This document shows, piece by piece, positions 16,142-25,756 of a stretch of 32,000 nucleotides of DNA. The position numbers and the translations under genes were made by a program. The notes beneath the pieces were generated by a model. That model saw nothing but the letters and a program-made list of their open reading frames with translations, was not told the origin of the DNA and did not search any database. Every line of letters begins with the position of its first letter. Position 1 is the stretch's first letter. The stretch is from Hyperthermus butylicus DSM 5456 (GTDB lineage Archaea; Thermoproteota; Thermoprotei_A; Sulfolobales; Pyrodictiaceae), in assembly GCF_000015145.1 (NCBI RefSeq), contig NC_008818.1, positions 450,001-482,000 on the forward strand, read 5' to 3'.

Positions 16142-16223
16142 CCCTAGGGTTTTTGCATACATAACTTTCGTATTCTTCGAACAGAAAATACATAATCCAT
16201 CTTGTCCAACTCTACACGTTCCG

Positions 16224-16573
16224 GTGCAGGCCTTGTCCTCCGAGAGCAACTATGTAGCTCAACTCCTTAGAGAGATGGAGCGACACATACGTAATGAAGC
16301 CGTTAAAGCCCCCGAGCTATCTAAAAGATTCTTTGATCTTTTCGAAGCCATAAAGAAGCCTGGTGCTCTCGACACAAAAACAAGGAGCTAATAGCTGTAG
16401 CTGCTAGGTGCAAATACTGCATAGTACTCCATGTACGTGAAGCTCTACGTTCTGGCGCAAAACCTGAAGAGGTACGTGAGGCGGGCTGGGTTGCTGTGCT
16501 AATGTGCGGCGGCCCCTGCTTTGCGTACCTCAAAGTGTTAGAGGAGGCTCTGGACAGCCTAGCCAAGAGCTAG
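16224..16573 (+). pseudogene. carboxymuconolactone decarboxylase / AhpD-like (CMD family) gene interrupted by a -1 frame change near 16380-16385
   Basis: Frame 0 ends ...FEAIKKPGALDTKT-RS-stop (16389-16391). The -1 frame from 16382 reads KELIAVAARCKYCIVLHVREALRSGAKPEEVREAGWVAVLMCGGP... to TAG 16571-16573, with the CMD motif CxxCxxxH. Start candidates are GTG 16224, TTG 16233 and ATG 16275. A TATA-like AAAATACATAAT lies near 16185-16197. Confidence 0.75.
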
Positions 16574-16822
16574 CTTGCTTCAGCAGCAATGGAGAAGACC
16601 ACCATAACCTGCATTTCTTCGGAGTTCATTGACGTCCAATATGTGCCCGTAGAACCAGCGTACGCATAAGGGACCGTCTACGTACATAGATTTCTTCGAA
16701 CCAGTCAGGGTGCTTCCCAGTAATATCAAAAGGAGCCGAGAATGCGTGCTCTTCATCTACATGGCGTTGATAACGCTTGACCAGCTGAGAGTGGTAGACT
16801 GTAAAACAGCAGGCACAAATCT

Positions 16823-17101
16823 CTAGATAGCATACTCACTTGCGAGCATGTTGACTTCGCAGTCGTAGAACTCCTCGGCTAGACGGAGTATAGACTCGAG
16901 TGTTGGCTTCCTTCTCACCTTGTAGATGAGCCTGCGGAGGGAGGGGTTGGAGTTTAAGAGCATTCTTACTATTTTTTCAAAGACTCCACGCCCATCACTG
17001 TTAAGCCAGCCCATTTTGTCAAAGTAATTGTGGTACTCTTCAAGTAGTATTCTTAACAAGTCGCAGGCTTCGCGGGGATATCCATCTCTGCAGCAGCTCA
17101 A
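16823..17101 (-). CDS. hypothetical protein (92 aa), TTG start
   Basis: A perfect SD GGAGGTGA (plus-strand coordinates 17111-17118) lies 9 nt upstream of the TTG. No family recognised. Confidence 0.4.
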   Translation of the reverse strand: MSCCRDGYPREACDLLRILLEEYHNYFDKMGWLNSDGRGVFEKIVRMLLNSNPSLRRLIYKVRRKPTLESILRLAEEFYDCEVNMLASEYAI

Positions 17102-17388
17102 GAGAGGATTTCACCTCCCACCCCTTGGTGTGGTGTGTCGGTTCCTGCCGGACTCATCACCTTAACCATCATCAGCGGGTGGGACGGTGCGGGGCCGCAG
17201 TAACAATCTACACTCCTCATCCGCCCTTATAGGGTGTTGCTCTGCTACTAGAATATCTCTTAGCACATGAGTTGCGAGCTAAGTGCTATTTATCATCCGT
17301 ACTAGGTGTTAGCTAGTGATGCTATAGTGTTGTCAGCTATATAAACATAAAATTGATGCAACTCTATGCATAATAGCTGGTGTAACTT

Positions 17389-18486
17389 GTGACCGTTAGG
17401 ATTAAACAGTGGCTTGAAAATGTTGGCGGTGGAGGGAAAAGCTACCGAGACTATAGTGGTGTTATAGCTAGGCTTGATCTCAACGAGCCCCCATTCCCGC
17501 CTTCGACACGAGTAATAGAAGCTGTAAAGGCTGAAGTTTTTAATGTCAATCGCTACCCGGAGCCAGGACTCATACGTAGGCTTGTAGAGCGCCTTGCTGA
17601 GTATAGCGATGTAGACGTTGACAACTTGGTCATTGGGACGGGTGCAGATTTGATTCTTCAGCAAACGTTTAATACTGTTGTTGAGCCTGGTTCCCTCGTG
17701 GTATATCCATATCCAGCATTCTTTGTCTATGACAAGATTATAGGTTTGCTTGGCGGTAAACCAGCTCGTATAGACCTCGTAGATGATGGTGATGTCTGGA
17801 AGCTCCCGCTAGAAAAGCTTGTCTCAGCGCTAGAGAGTAATGATGTACGTCTAGTCGTCATAGATAATCCGAATAATCCAACAGGCTCCCTACTCCTAGC
17901 CGATACTGCTGCGGCAAGGAGGATTCTTGATGCGGCCTCGGCTATTGGCGCCCTTGTAGTCATAGACGAGGCTTACTATGAGTTCTCCGGGGTTACATTT
18001 GCAAAGCTTGTGGATAGCTATGATAACCTCGTCGTAGTACGGACTATGAGCAAGGCCTTTGCCTTAGCTGGTATGAGGATAGGCTATGCGATAGCATCCC
18101 GTAAGATAGCTGGGATTCTCAGAAAACTGCTTCCGCCATTCCCTCCGAGACTTAGCATAGTAGCAGCACTAGCAGCCCTCGATGACATAGGGTATAGTAG
18201 GAAGCTAGTCGAGTGGGTTAAGCATGAGAGGGAATGGTTAAGGATCGAGCTAGCATCTATACCAGGTGTAAAGGTGTATCGTAGCACTACAAATTTCCTA
18301 CTAGTACAGACTCCCGTGGAGAATGTTGTGGCAAAGCTGTCGGAGAAGGGTGTGGCTGTGCGCTCGGTACCGCTAGGCTCCGAGTGGATGAGGATCTCCG
18401 TCGGCTTACATGAGGAGAACCAGGCGGCGCTAGAGGCTCTCCGTGGTCTTGTTGTAGGAGATACAAGGCAAGCCAGTCAAGCTTGA
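17389..18486 (+). CDS. hisC: class I/II pyridoxal-phosphate aminotransferase, histidinol-phosphate aminotransferase-like
   Basis: 365-aa ORF with a GTG start. Motifs NPNNPTGSLL and PLP-lysine segment RTMSKAFALAGMRIGYAIAS. A TATA-like CTATATAAAC lies near 17337-17346. Confidence 0.75.
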   Translation: MTVRIKQWLENVGGGGKSYRDYSGVIARLDLNEPPFPPSTRVIEAVKAEVFNVNRYPEPGLIRRLVERLAEYSDVDVDNLVIGTGADLILQQTFNTVVEPGSLVVYPYPAFFVYDKIIGLLGGKPARIDLVDDGDVWKLPLEKLVSALESNDVRLVVIDNPNNPTGSLLLADTAAARRILDAASAIGALVVIDEAYYEFSGVTFAKLVDSYDNLVVVRTMSKAFALAGMRIGYAIASRKIAGILRKLLPPFPPRLSIVAALAALDDIGYSRKLVEWVKHEREWLRIELASIPGVKVYRSTTNFLLVQTPVENVVAKLSEKGVAVRSVPLGSEWMRISVGLHEENQAALEALRGLVVGDTRQASQA

Positions 18487-18488
18487 AG

Positions 18489-18496
18489 TTTTTATT
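18489..18496 (+). terminator. oligo-T run (TTTTTATT) immediately after the hisC stop
   Basis: It begins 3 nt after TGA 18484-18486. A second T5 run is at 18563-18567. Confidence 0.35.
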
Positions 18497-18735
18497 GTGG
18501 GTTCAATACGGACTCACACTGCTAACCACAACATTCGTAGTTATTAGCTTTCCAGAAAACGTTTTTGTAGTACAGTTTGCATCGACGGATGTTGTAGCTG
18601 CGCTAGCTGTGGCTTGCGATGTAATCAATCATCGCGGGCTCTCTGCTTCTACGTTAGGTCGTGTGAGAATGCTGTGCTGATAGGCCAGTTTAAGGGGGGT
18701 AACTGAGCACTCTATATGATTGGGGTCCGGAAAAG

Positions 18736-19194
18736 GTGCAGCCGCACATAGGGCAGCAAAAGGCAGAAGCTATACCCGAAACTGGATGGGTTGCGGCACT
18801 GAAAAGAATTCTAAATAGCCTCCAGGCTATTGTTTCAAGGGAGTTTTCAAGGCTTAGACGCGCAGGCACATGTAGCAGAGACTTCCTAGACTTTATAGAT
18901 AGTCTTGAGGAGCGTGCAGCTAAAGAGATGGCTAACTATGGACTCCAGAAACTTAGTATTAGGGGTCCACCTCCTAAGGAGGATATCGTGCTCGGATGGT
19001 TTGCAATCGATAACATTGTAATCGAGCTAGGGCTCCGGGGAATCAACAAGTGTGGAGTCCTTGAAGAACTAACAGCGGGTAAGCCTCCGAGGGTCTATGC
19101 GAGAGTCTATGCTGAGGGACGTGTAGCATTCATACTTGAGGCAAGCCTTGAGGAGGAGCACATGGATACAGTGGAAGCCGGCTACATAATCTAG
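18736..19194 (+). CDS. hypothetical protein (152 aa)
   Basis: GTG start about 25 nt downstream of TATA-like CTCTATATGA (about 18708-18718), which suggests a leaderless transcript. No family recognised. Confidence 0.45.
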   Translation: MQPHIGQQKAEAIPETGWVAALKRILNSLQAIVSREFSRLRRAGTCSRDFLDFIDSLEERAAKEMANYGLQKLSIRGPPPKEDIVLGWFAIDNIVIELGLRGINKCGVLEELTAGKPPRVYARVYAEGRVAFILEASLEEEHMDTVEAGYII

Positions 19195-19267
19195 ACACGG
19201 GCTAGGCTTGTTTAGCGTTACATCTAAATCTAAAGCTTGCGGTATGAGAGTGTACGGTGTGGACTAG

Positions 19268-19783
19268 ATGATATTGTTTCGTAGAAAACATAGAGACTAC
19301 CTAGTGCGTGTCGGCGCAGAGTTTAGCCTATTGTCTCCTGCCTTCGGCGATGGGGAGAGGATACCGGTAAAGTATACCTGCGATGGTGACGATGTCTCGC
19401 CTCCGCTTGAGTGGAGCGGGCAGCCAGGCTCGGCTGCAAGCTACCTACTCATAGTCTATGATCCCGACGCGCCGCTAGGCACGTTCATACACTGGGTGCT
19501 CTACGATATACCCGGCCAAGTAACAGCTCTGCCTGAAGGAGTGCCCAGGGATCCCGTAATTGAGGGTCTAGGTATTCAGGGACGGAACGATTTCGGGGGC
19601 ATCGGCTACGGTGGACCCTGTCCTCCATCTGGCGATAAGCCGCACCGATACATCTTCGCGCTCCATGCACTTAGTGTAGAAAGTCTTGAATTAAAACCAG
19701 GTGCGACGGCTGCGGAGGTTCTTGAGCGTGCACGACAATACGTTGTAGGTTATGCGGTACTTGTCGGAACGTATTCCAGATAG
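19268..19783 (+). CDS. YbhB/YbcL-type phosphatidylethanolamine-binding protein (PEBP / Raf kinase inhibitor-like) family
   Basis: Motifs IPVKYTCDGDDVSPPLEW, VYDPDAP, FIHWVLYDIP, GYGGPCPPSGDKPHRYIFALHAL. The true start may be an internal GTG. Confidence 0.85.
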   Translation: MILFRRKHRDYLVRVGAEFSLLSPAFGDGERIPVKYTCDGDDVSPPLEWSGQPGSAASYLLIVYDPDAPLGTFIHWVLYDIPGQVTALPEGVPRDPVIEGLGIQGRNDFGGIGYGGPCPPSGDKPHRYIFALHALSVESLELKPGATAAEVLERARQYVVGYAVLVGTYSR

Positions 19784-20131
19784 GCTCTATGTTCCTTCTT
19801 TGCCGGTTGTGGAGGAGCCCAATCTACATATGGTATGGTTCTGGGATAGTGATATACAAGTTGATTTAGGCTCCGAGCTGGAACAGCAGAGGAGGTGTCT
19901 TCTGTCCAGTAACCAGTAGATGGGGCTAGAGCATTCGTGTGCTTTCAAAAAGCTAGGAGTCTAGATGACAAGCTATCTCCAGCGGTTGCGGTTACGAGTT
20001 GTGTATTACATTTCCTTCTAACGCTACTGCTAGCTGGCTTGGAAACTAATGCAAGATAGTAGTCGAACAGTGCAAGCAGGGATGTAGCATCAGCAAGGCT
20101 CCTTCACTAGCGTCTAGAGTGAAGTGTATGG

Positions 20132-20875
20132 CTAACTGCTACCCTGTCTTTGGCACTCTAGCCCAACCCTATAATAGTATTGGGCCTCATCATCGCTTAC
20201 ATCGTGCCATTCCAGGTAGGCGTCAGCTACGGCGAAGTAGGGGCCGCTACGTAGGTTGGCAACAGCTACCAGTTCAGTATACTTTGAAACCATTAGCGAG
20301 CCATCAATGCTGCCGGTTGGTGCAGCGGCAATTACTCTAGAGGCGCCGAGCTTACGCAAAAACTGTACGCCAACAGCCATAGTATAGCCAGTAGCGATCC
20401 CATCGTCCACGAGTAATACCGTCATGCCGTTGAGGCTTGGGTAGTTTGTTGATCCTCGTATACGCCTAGTGCGCTCCTCTATATAGTTACTCAGCTTTCG
20501 GGCAATGATTTTGACATCCTCCTTGCTGTAGCCTAGCCTCCCGGCAACATCCTCGTCGTAGAGCAATGTGCCGTCGAGAGCTACAGCGCCGAAGCCGGCC
20601 TCGCTTGTCCAAGGGAAAGTTATCTTCTTCACGACTATAGCGTCAAAGGCTACCCCGAGTTTGCATGCAGTAGTTGCCGCGACGGGTACCCCTCCAGCAG
20701 CAAGTCCAAAGACGTAGTCTGTCCTTACCCCGATAGCATGGATAAACTCTGCTAGCACCTCGCCAGCATGGATGCGATCCCGGAATACTGGCTGTTTCCA
20801 GCTAAGCTCTGAGCAGTAGACGACACGGTCTCCGCTGGGCTCGTAGGCTCTTGGTGTGCAAGTCTCTCCGGCCAA
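20132..20875 (-). CDS. phosphoribosyltransferase-fold protein (second, unrelated PRTase in the window)
   Basis: 247-aa ORF with PRPP motif TVLLVDDGIATGYT and upstream FGLAAGGVPVA. Confidence 0.8.
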   Translation of the reverse strand: MAGETCTPRAYEPSGDRVVYCSELSWKQPVFRDRIHAGEVLAEFIHAIGVRTDYVFGLAAGGVPVAATTACKLGVAFDAIVVKKITFPWTSEAGFGAVALDGTLLYDEDVAGRLGYSKEDVKIIARKLSNYIEERTRRIRGSTNYPSLNGMTVLLVDDGIATGYTMAVGVQFLRKLGASRVIAAAPTGSIDGSLMVSKYTELVAVANLRSGPYFAVADAYLEWHDVSDDEAQYYYRVGLECQRQGSS

Positions 20876-21204
20876 GGCTAGGGATACACCTTATAGAGAG
20901 TAGTCAGCTAGCCCTGATATATGGGGTGGATGAGGTAGTAGGGACGTACCGACCGGCCCCAGGGATGTGGATAGGTGGAGCGACCCTGACACCCTCCGAG
21001 CTTCGTGGCAACTATCCTTGAAGTTGGTGTTAATGGTCTTCGCAATGCTTGTCTATAGTCGTGGTGTGATGTTTCTGCATCTAGTGCTTCCTAATAGCGT
21101 TCTATGTCTCCTGTCTACGGTTACGCATATCTCAGCAATTGTGCCAAGCTGCATGGATACTGATACTATAATATTAGTGGTTAAGTCTACACAACAATAT
21201 AGGG

Positions 21205-22347
21205 ATGGGTGAGCAGGTTATGGAAATAAGCGTTAACAGGCATGGGAAAGGCGATGAAGAGCTACTCCATAAACCCCATGTAAGGGAAGCAATGCTATGG
21301 GAACCCCTAAGGGATAGACCTGGCTATGTACGCTGCAGCCTCTGTGCTCGCCGTTGCATCATAGCTCCGGGCCGCTACGGCGTCTGCGGGGTAAGGAAGA
21401 ATATTAACGGGAAGCTTTACACGCTCGTCTACGGCTTGCTAACAGCAATGAATATTGATCCTATTGAGAAGAAGCCGCTCTACCACTTCGAGCCCGGCAG
21501 TGGAGTACTATCAATAAGCACTGTCGGCTGCAACTTCTTCTGCCAGTTCTGCCAGAACTGGGAGATAAGCCAGTCAAGGCTAGAGCGGGGCCTCTACGGT
21601 CACTACGTGCCGCCAGATGAGGTTGTGAGGAAAGCCCTAGATTTCGGGGCAGAGGGCATAGCCTACACCTATAACGAGCCAACAATATTCTTCGAGTACA
21701 TGTACGACGTGGCTAGGCTTGCAAAGAAGCATAACCTCTACAACGTAATGGTTACCAATGGCTACATTACACCCGAGGCCATAAGGATGATAGGCCCCTA
21801 CATGGACGGAGCGACCGTCGACTTTAAGGGCAGTGGAAACCCAGAGTTCTACCGCAAGTTCATGGCTGTACCCGACCCATCCCCAATCTACGACGCATTG
21901 CTGGAGATGAAGAAGCAAGGATGGTGGATAGAGATAACAAACCTGGTAGTCCCCAAGTATGGCGATAGGGAGGAGGATCTTCGGAGGCTTGCGAGATGGA
22001 TAGTCGAGAATCTCGGGCCAGACATACCATTCCACCTGCTACGATTCCACCCAGACTACAGACTACTCAACCTACCACCAACACCGGTTGAGACCCTAGA
22101 AAAGTTGGCAAAGATAGCCAAGGAGGAGGGCTTACACTACGTCTACATAGGCAACGTGTGGGGTCATCCCCTAGAGAACACGTATTGCCCCAAGTGCAAT
22201 TATGCCGTGGTAGAGAGAAGAGGCTTCACCATAATAGCATGGCGTCTCACAAAGGACAATCAGTGCCCAAAGTGCGGTCACCGAATAGCGATACGAGGAA
22301 AATTCCATGGTGGTGGAGGTGTAATACTACCACTAATGGTGTACTAG
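21205..22347 (+). CDS. radical SAM enzyme, PflA-like (AmmeMemoRadiSam-type)
   Basis: CNFFCQFCQNWEIS (CxxxCxxC), DPIEKKPLYHFEPGS, and an N-terminal Cys cluster CSLCARRCIIAPGRYGVCGVR. A TATA-like CTATAATATTAG lies about 30 nt upstream. Confidence 0.8.
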   Translation: MGEQVMEISVNRHGKGDEELLHKPHVREAMLWEPLRDRPGYVRCSLCARRCIIAPGRYGVCGVRKNINGKLYTLVYGLLTAMNIDPIEKKPLYHFEPGSGVLSISTVGCNFFCQFCQNWEISQSRLERGLYGHYVPPDEVVRKALDFGAEGIAYTYNEPTIFFEYMYDVARLAKKHNLYNVMVTNGYITPEAIRMIGPYMDGATVDFKGSGNPEFYRKFMAVPDPSPIYDALLEMKKQGWWIEITNLVVPKYGDREEDLRRLARWIVENLGPDIPFHLLRFHPDYRLLNLPPTPVETLEKLAKIAKEEGLHYVYIGNVWGHPLENTYCPKCNYAVVERRGFTIIAWRLTKDNQCPKCGHRIAIRGKFHGGGGVILPLMVY

Positions 22348-22784
22348 CTCATTGCTAGGCAAGTTGTTGTTCCGGCCTACAACATAGGTGGCACACCTAG
22401 ATGAAAGCCTCCTGGAGCAACATTAGGGAATACCATATAGCTCCACTTTACTTCGCAATGACTCTCTTAACTCAGCTATACTACACATCTACTATTTTTC
22501 ACCTCTATTGAATCGTTATGAACAGTGTATGGCGGAGGCGGGTGGAGTATGGTAGTTCTAGCATGTGGCTTGTGCATGTCTAAATAGGATCCTATACGCT
22601 TATGATTCTAAAGCTCTAAAGGTCTCATGTCCGGCTCGAAGCTATACGACTAGTCCCGGCTCAGTCTTTAGCGTCTGTTTAAACTGTGAGCTTCTAAATC
22701 AATAGCAGCACGTCAAAGGTTTATATATTTCAACTTGTGCGGTATTAATTTAGATAGAGTTGGGAGCAGTTAGGGTGATGTATA

Positions 22785-23363
22785 GTGGTCGAGCAGGAGA
22801 CTCCCATCAAGATGCGCGAAGTAAAGATTCCCGTTGAGGTTCCAGTAAGGCCAGTGTCGAAGAGGGAGATTAAGCAGCTAGAAGCAGTACTAATCATAGG
22901 CACATTGTTCAGACCCGATGTGCTTCAAGCAGCACTGAGCAAAGAGGAGTTCCTAACATGGGTTGATAGCCTTGCTGTTGCAGCAGCTGCGCTAGCAATG
23001 GAGAAGGCTGGCTACACGGTCTCCCAGATAGCTGAGGAGCTAGGTCGCACTGAGGCAACTATAAGGCGGCACTTGAAGGGCGAGACCAAAGCTGGCAAGC
23101 TGGTTCGCGAGACCTATGATATGCTCATCAGGGGTGAGCTAAAGCTAGCAGTACCAATAGTCAGCCCGGAGGCCGAGGAGGAGCTAAAGAAGCTAGATGA
23201 GCAGGTAAAACAGCTCGAGGAGGAGCTAGGTAAGCTCCGTGCCGAGAACACCGAGTTGAGGGAGAGACTCCAGAGGCTCGAGGAGGCAAAGAAGAAGGCA
23301 GCCGAGCAGTTAGGCAAAGCTATCGAGGCGCTCCAAGAGGCAAAAAGGGCGCTAGAGGCCTAA
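22785..23363 (+). CDS. helix-turn-helix protein with a long C-terminal coiled coil (putative regulator)
   Basis: HTH-like GYTVSQIAEELGRTEATIRRHLKG, followed by a roughly 60-residue heptad-like Glu/Lys/Leu region (EELKKLDEQVKQLEEELGKLRAENTELRERLQRLEEAKKKAAEQL). TATA TTTATATATTT lies about 55 nt upstream. Confidence 0.6.
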   Translation: MVEQETPIKMREVKIPVEVPVRPVSKREIKQLEAVLIIGTLFRPDVLQAALSKEEFLTWVDSLAVAAAALAMEKAGYTVSQIAEELGRTEATIRRHLKGETKAGKLVRETYDMLIRGELKLAVPIVSPEAEEELKKLDEQVKQLEEELGKLRAENTELRERLQRLEEAKKKAAEQLGKAIEALQEAKRALEA

Positions 23364-24191
23364 CCCCTTATTTGCCTCCAGGTAGCGAATTTTTCACCTT
23401 CGCCCTGGTACTCCACGAGTTCCACTAGCTCCCTTAGCAAGCAGCTCCTCGTCAATATCCTCTACCCAGAGCCCCCGCGGGCTTCAGTATCTTCTCCACA
23501 TGACTGAGTTCGGGAGCGGACAGCTGCAGTTGCAACAATGTATGCGATAGGATCAGCCGGTGCTATCAGGGGGCGGAGGGCCACCTCCAGCTAGCAGCTC
23601 AATATGGGAACCAAGAACACGCACGAAAACCTTGTGGGCTTTTACGGGTTTCTCGCCAGCAGCTTAACCAATGGCCCGGCTGGCAGGCATGTTGGAACAG
23701 TAATGTAGGTCCTTGAAGGTCTACATGAGCCAGAATACCAGCTACAACCTCAAGGTTTCACTTGAGTCATTTAAGTCGTGAACAAGCATGGTCTAGCTAT
23801 AAACGCGCTCCGATACTAGTGGCTAAAGAGTACAATGCTTTCAGCAACTGTCTCAAAGTCTAGGCTCGGATAGGGCTTGTTAACAAGCCGCAAAGAGCAC
23901 AATAAGCTGGCGTCAATACCCTGCTCCTTAACTAGCTGTACATGTATACATATGCAGTGAGCTCGCTTGTAACACTTGTTAGTGGTATTTCAATGCCTAT
24001 CTCTACATAGGCAATAAAGGGGTCAGTATTGTATCCGAGGGCAAATTCAATGCCATAACAGACTTTGTAAATTGTATAAGATTATCGCTATTATACACTT
24101 GCTCTCAAGCTAAAATAAAATGATAACTGTAGGTGAACATTTTGTATTGATGGCAAATGGGTTGAAGTTGTTTTATGTTAGATTATATCAA

Positions 24192-25676
24192 TTATATCAA
24201 GAGTCTTAGGAATTCGACTAGTGTTCTTACGCCCCATCCGGTGGCGCCCTTCTCGTAGTATGGTTTCCAGGGCCCCTTCTCCTGAACCCAGGCTGTGCCA
24301 GCGATGTCCAAATGTGCCCATGGTCTGTCGCCGACGAACTTTTCGAGGAACTTTGCAGCCGTTATTGCGCCTGCTGGCCGGCCCCCAACGTTGTTTGTGT
24401 CGGCTACATGGCTTTCGAGTTGTTTGGCGTAGACAGGCCATAGCGGCATTTTCCATACGGGCTCGCCTGCGATCCATGCTGCTCTTTCGACCATTGAGGC
24501 TAGCTGGTCGTTGTTGCTGAATAGTGCTGCTGCGTGGTTGCCTAGGGCTACTACTGCTGCACCGGTTAGTGTTGCGAAGTCGAACATGTAGTCTGGCTTA
24601 TACTTCTCTGCAGCATAGGCGAGTGCGTCAGCCATTATGAGTCTGCCCTCGGCATCGGTGTTGCCTATCTCCACGGTGGTGCCGTTGTACATTCTTATAA
24701 CATCGAGTGGTTTGTAAGCACGGCCGCTTGGTAGGTTCTCCACGGCTGGTACGAGGGCTACCATGTTTACTGGCAGTCTAAGCAGAGCAGCTGCAACCAC
24801 GGCACCTATAGCGGCAGCACCACCGCTCTTATCAAACTTCATCTCCTGCATAGCCTGTGGCGGTTTGAGATCTAAGCCGCCAGCATCGAAGACTACCGCC
24901 TTGCCCACAACGGCTATCCTCTTGCCACCACTGTTGTACTCTAGTATTATGAGGCGTGGCTCTACATTGCTGCCAGAGCCAACAGCTAGTATGCCACCCA
25001 TGCCAAGGCTCTCCAAGTCTGACCTATATAGAACCCTTATAGTGAGGCCCAGCCGGGATGCAAGCTCTCTAGCCTTCTCCTCAAGCTTCTCTGGGCTCAG
25101 CCTATTGGCTGGCGCATTTGCTATATCCCTAGCTACCCTTACAGCCTCCGCTATAGCCTTAGCAGTCTCAACAGCTTTCTCGTCGCCGGGCTCTAGCCTT
25201 ACCTCCTCGAGGATGTGCGGCTTCTCCTCCCTCTCCCGTAGGCTGTATACGTAGTTTGCCATGTCCGCTGCCACGAGGGCTTGTTCAACACTCCAAACAG
25301 TATCCCTGCCGGCTGTCTCAGCAGCCTTCTCTAGCAACTCCTCGTGCACTACGACACCGAGCCTCTTTATGCTCTTCTTGCTCCTTGCAAGCTTGACTGC
25401 AGAGGCGACGGCAACCCTTAATCTCTCAGCATCGCCGAACCACTCGTTACCCCCGGCACCGGCAAGTATAACCCTCTTAACAGTAGCACTAGACTCGTAG
25501 ATCAGAATCGTCTCCTCAAGCTTCCCTTTAAAGTCGCCGAGTTCAATAACGGTCCGCACGGTATCGCCAAAGCCCTTAAGCCATTCTAGCTGCTTCTCGC
25601 CAGCAACATAGGCTATAGCATCCACGCCATTACGGGCGTTGCCAACGCGGAGAAGGGTCGACAAGGGGTCTAGCAC
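24192..25676 (-). CDS. pepA: leucyl aminopeptidase (M17 family)
   Basis: 494-aa ORF with a GTG start. M17 signature NTDAEGRLIMADAL, plus VFDAGGLDLKP and KFDKSGGAA. Confidence 0.9.
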   Translation of the reverse strand: MLDPLSTLLRVGNARNGVDAIAYVAGEKQLEWLKGFGDTVRTVIELGDFKGKLEETILIYESSATVKRVILAGAGGNEWFGDAERLRVAVASAVKLARSKKSIKRLGVVVHEELLEKAAETAGRDTVWSVEQALVAADMANYVYSLREREEKPHILEEVRLEPGDEKAVETAKAIAEAVRVARDIANAPANRLSPEKLEEKARELASRLGLTIRVLYRSDLESLGMGGILAVGSGSNVEPRLIILEYNSGGKRIAVVGKAVVFDAGGLDLKPPQAMQEMKFDKSGGAAAIGAVVAAALLRLPVNMVALVPAVENLPSGRAYKPLDVIRMYNGTTVEIGNTDAEGRLIMADALAYAAEKYKPDYMFDFATLTGAAVVALGNHAAALFSNNDQLASMVERAAWIAGEPVWKMPLWPVYAKQLESHVADTNNVGGRPAGAITAAKFLEKFVGDRPWAHLDIAGTAWVQEKGPWKPYYEKGATGWGVRTLVEFLRLLI

Positions 25677-25704
25677 CAGGTATCTGGAAGAATCACCCTA
25701 ATTC

Positions 25705-25712
25705 TTTAAAAA
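25705..25712 (-). promoter_or_regulatory. TATA box TTTTTAAA (minus strand) for pepA
   Basis: Its centre is about 33 nt upstream of GTG 25676, which implies a very short leader. Confidence 0.5.
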
Positions 25713-25756
25713 TAGAACTACGGGCTATGCCGGAGATTGGATTGTGAGGAGCGGGA

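Noticed and set aside
18483-18680. 65-aa TTG-initiated ORF overlapping the hisC stop
   Set aside because: It runs straight through two T5 terminator-like runs (18489-18493, 18563-18567). It has no upstream signals and no recognisable family.
20928-20989. Possible C/D-box sRNA (GGATGAG ... CCGA ... GGATGTG ... CTGA) in the divergent promoter region
   Set aside because: The boxes are degenerate, with the first U of UGAUGA missing in both. Box-to-box spacers are 15-17 nt rather than about 12 nt. There is no terminal stem.
20967-21212. 81-aa ORF upstream of the radical SAM gene
   Set aside because: It lies in a divergent promoter region containing the TATA-like elements of both neighbours. Its composition is hydrophobic and Cys/Ser-rich, and no family was recognised.
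23874-23889. Perfect 16-bp palindrome GGCTTGTTAACAAGCC
   Set aside because: About 0.5 perfect 16-bp palindromes are expected by chance in 32 kb. It is a single copy with no nearby gene start.
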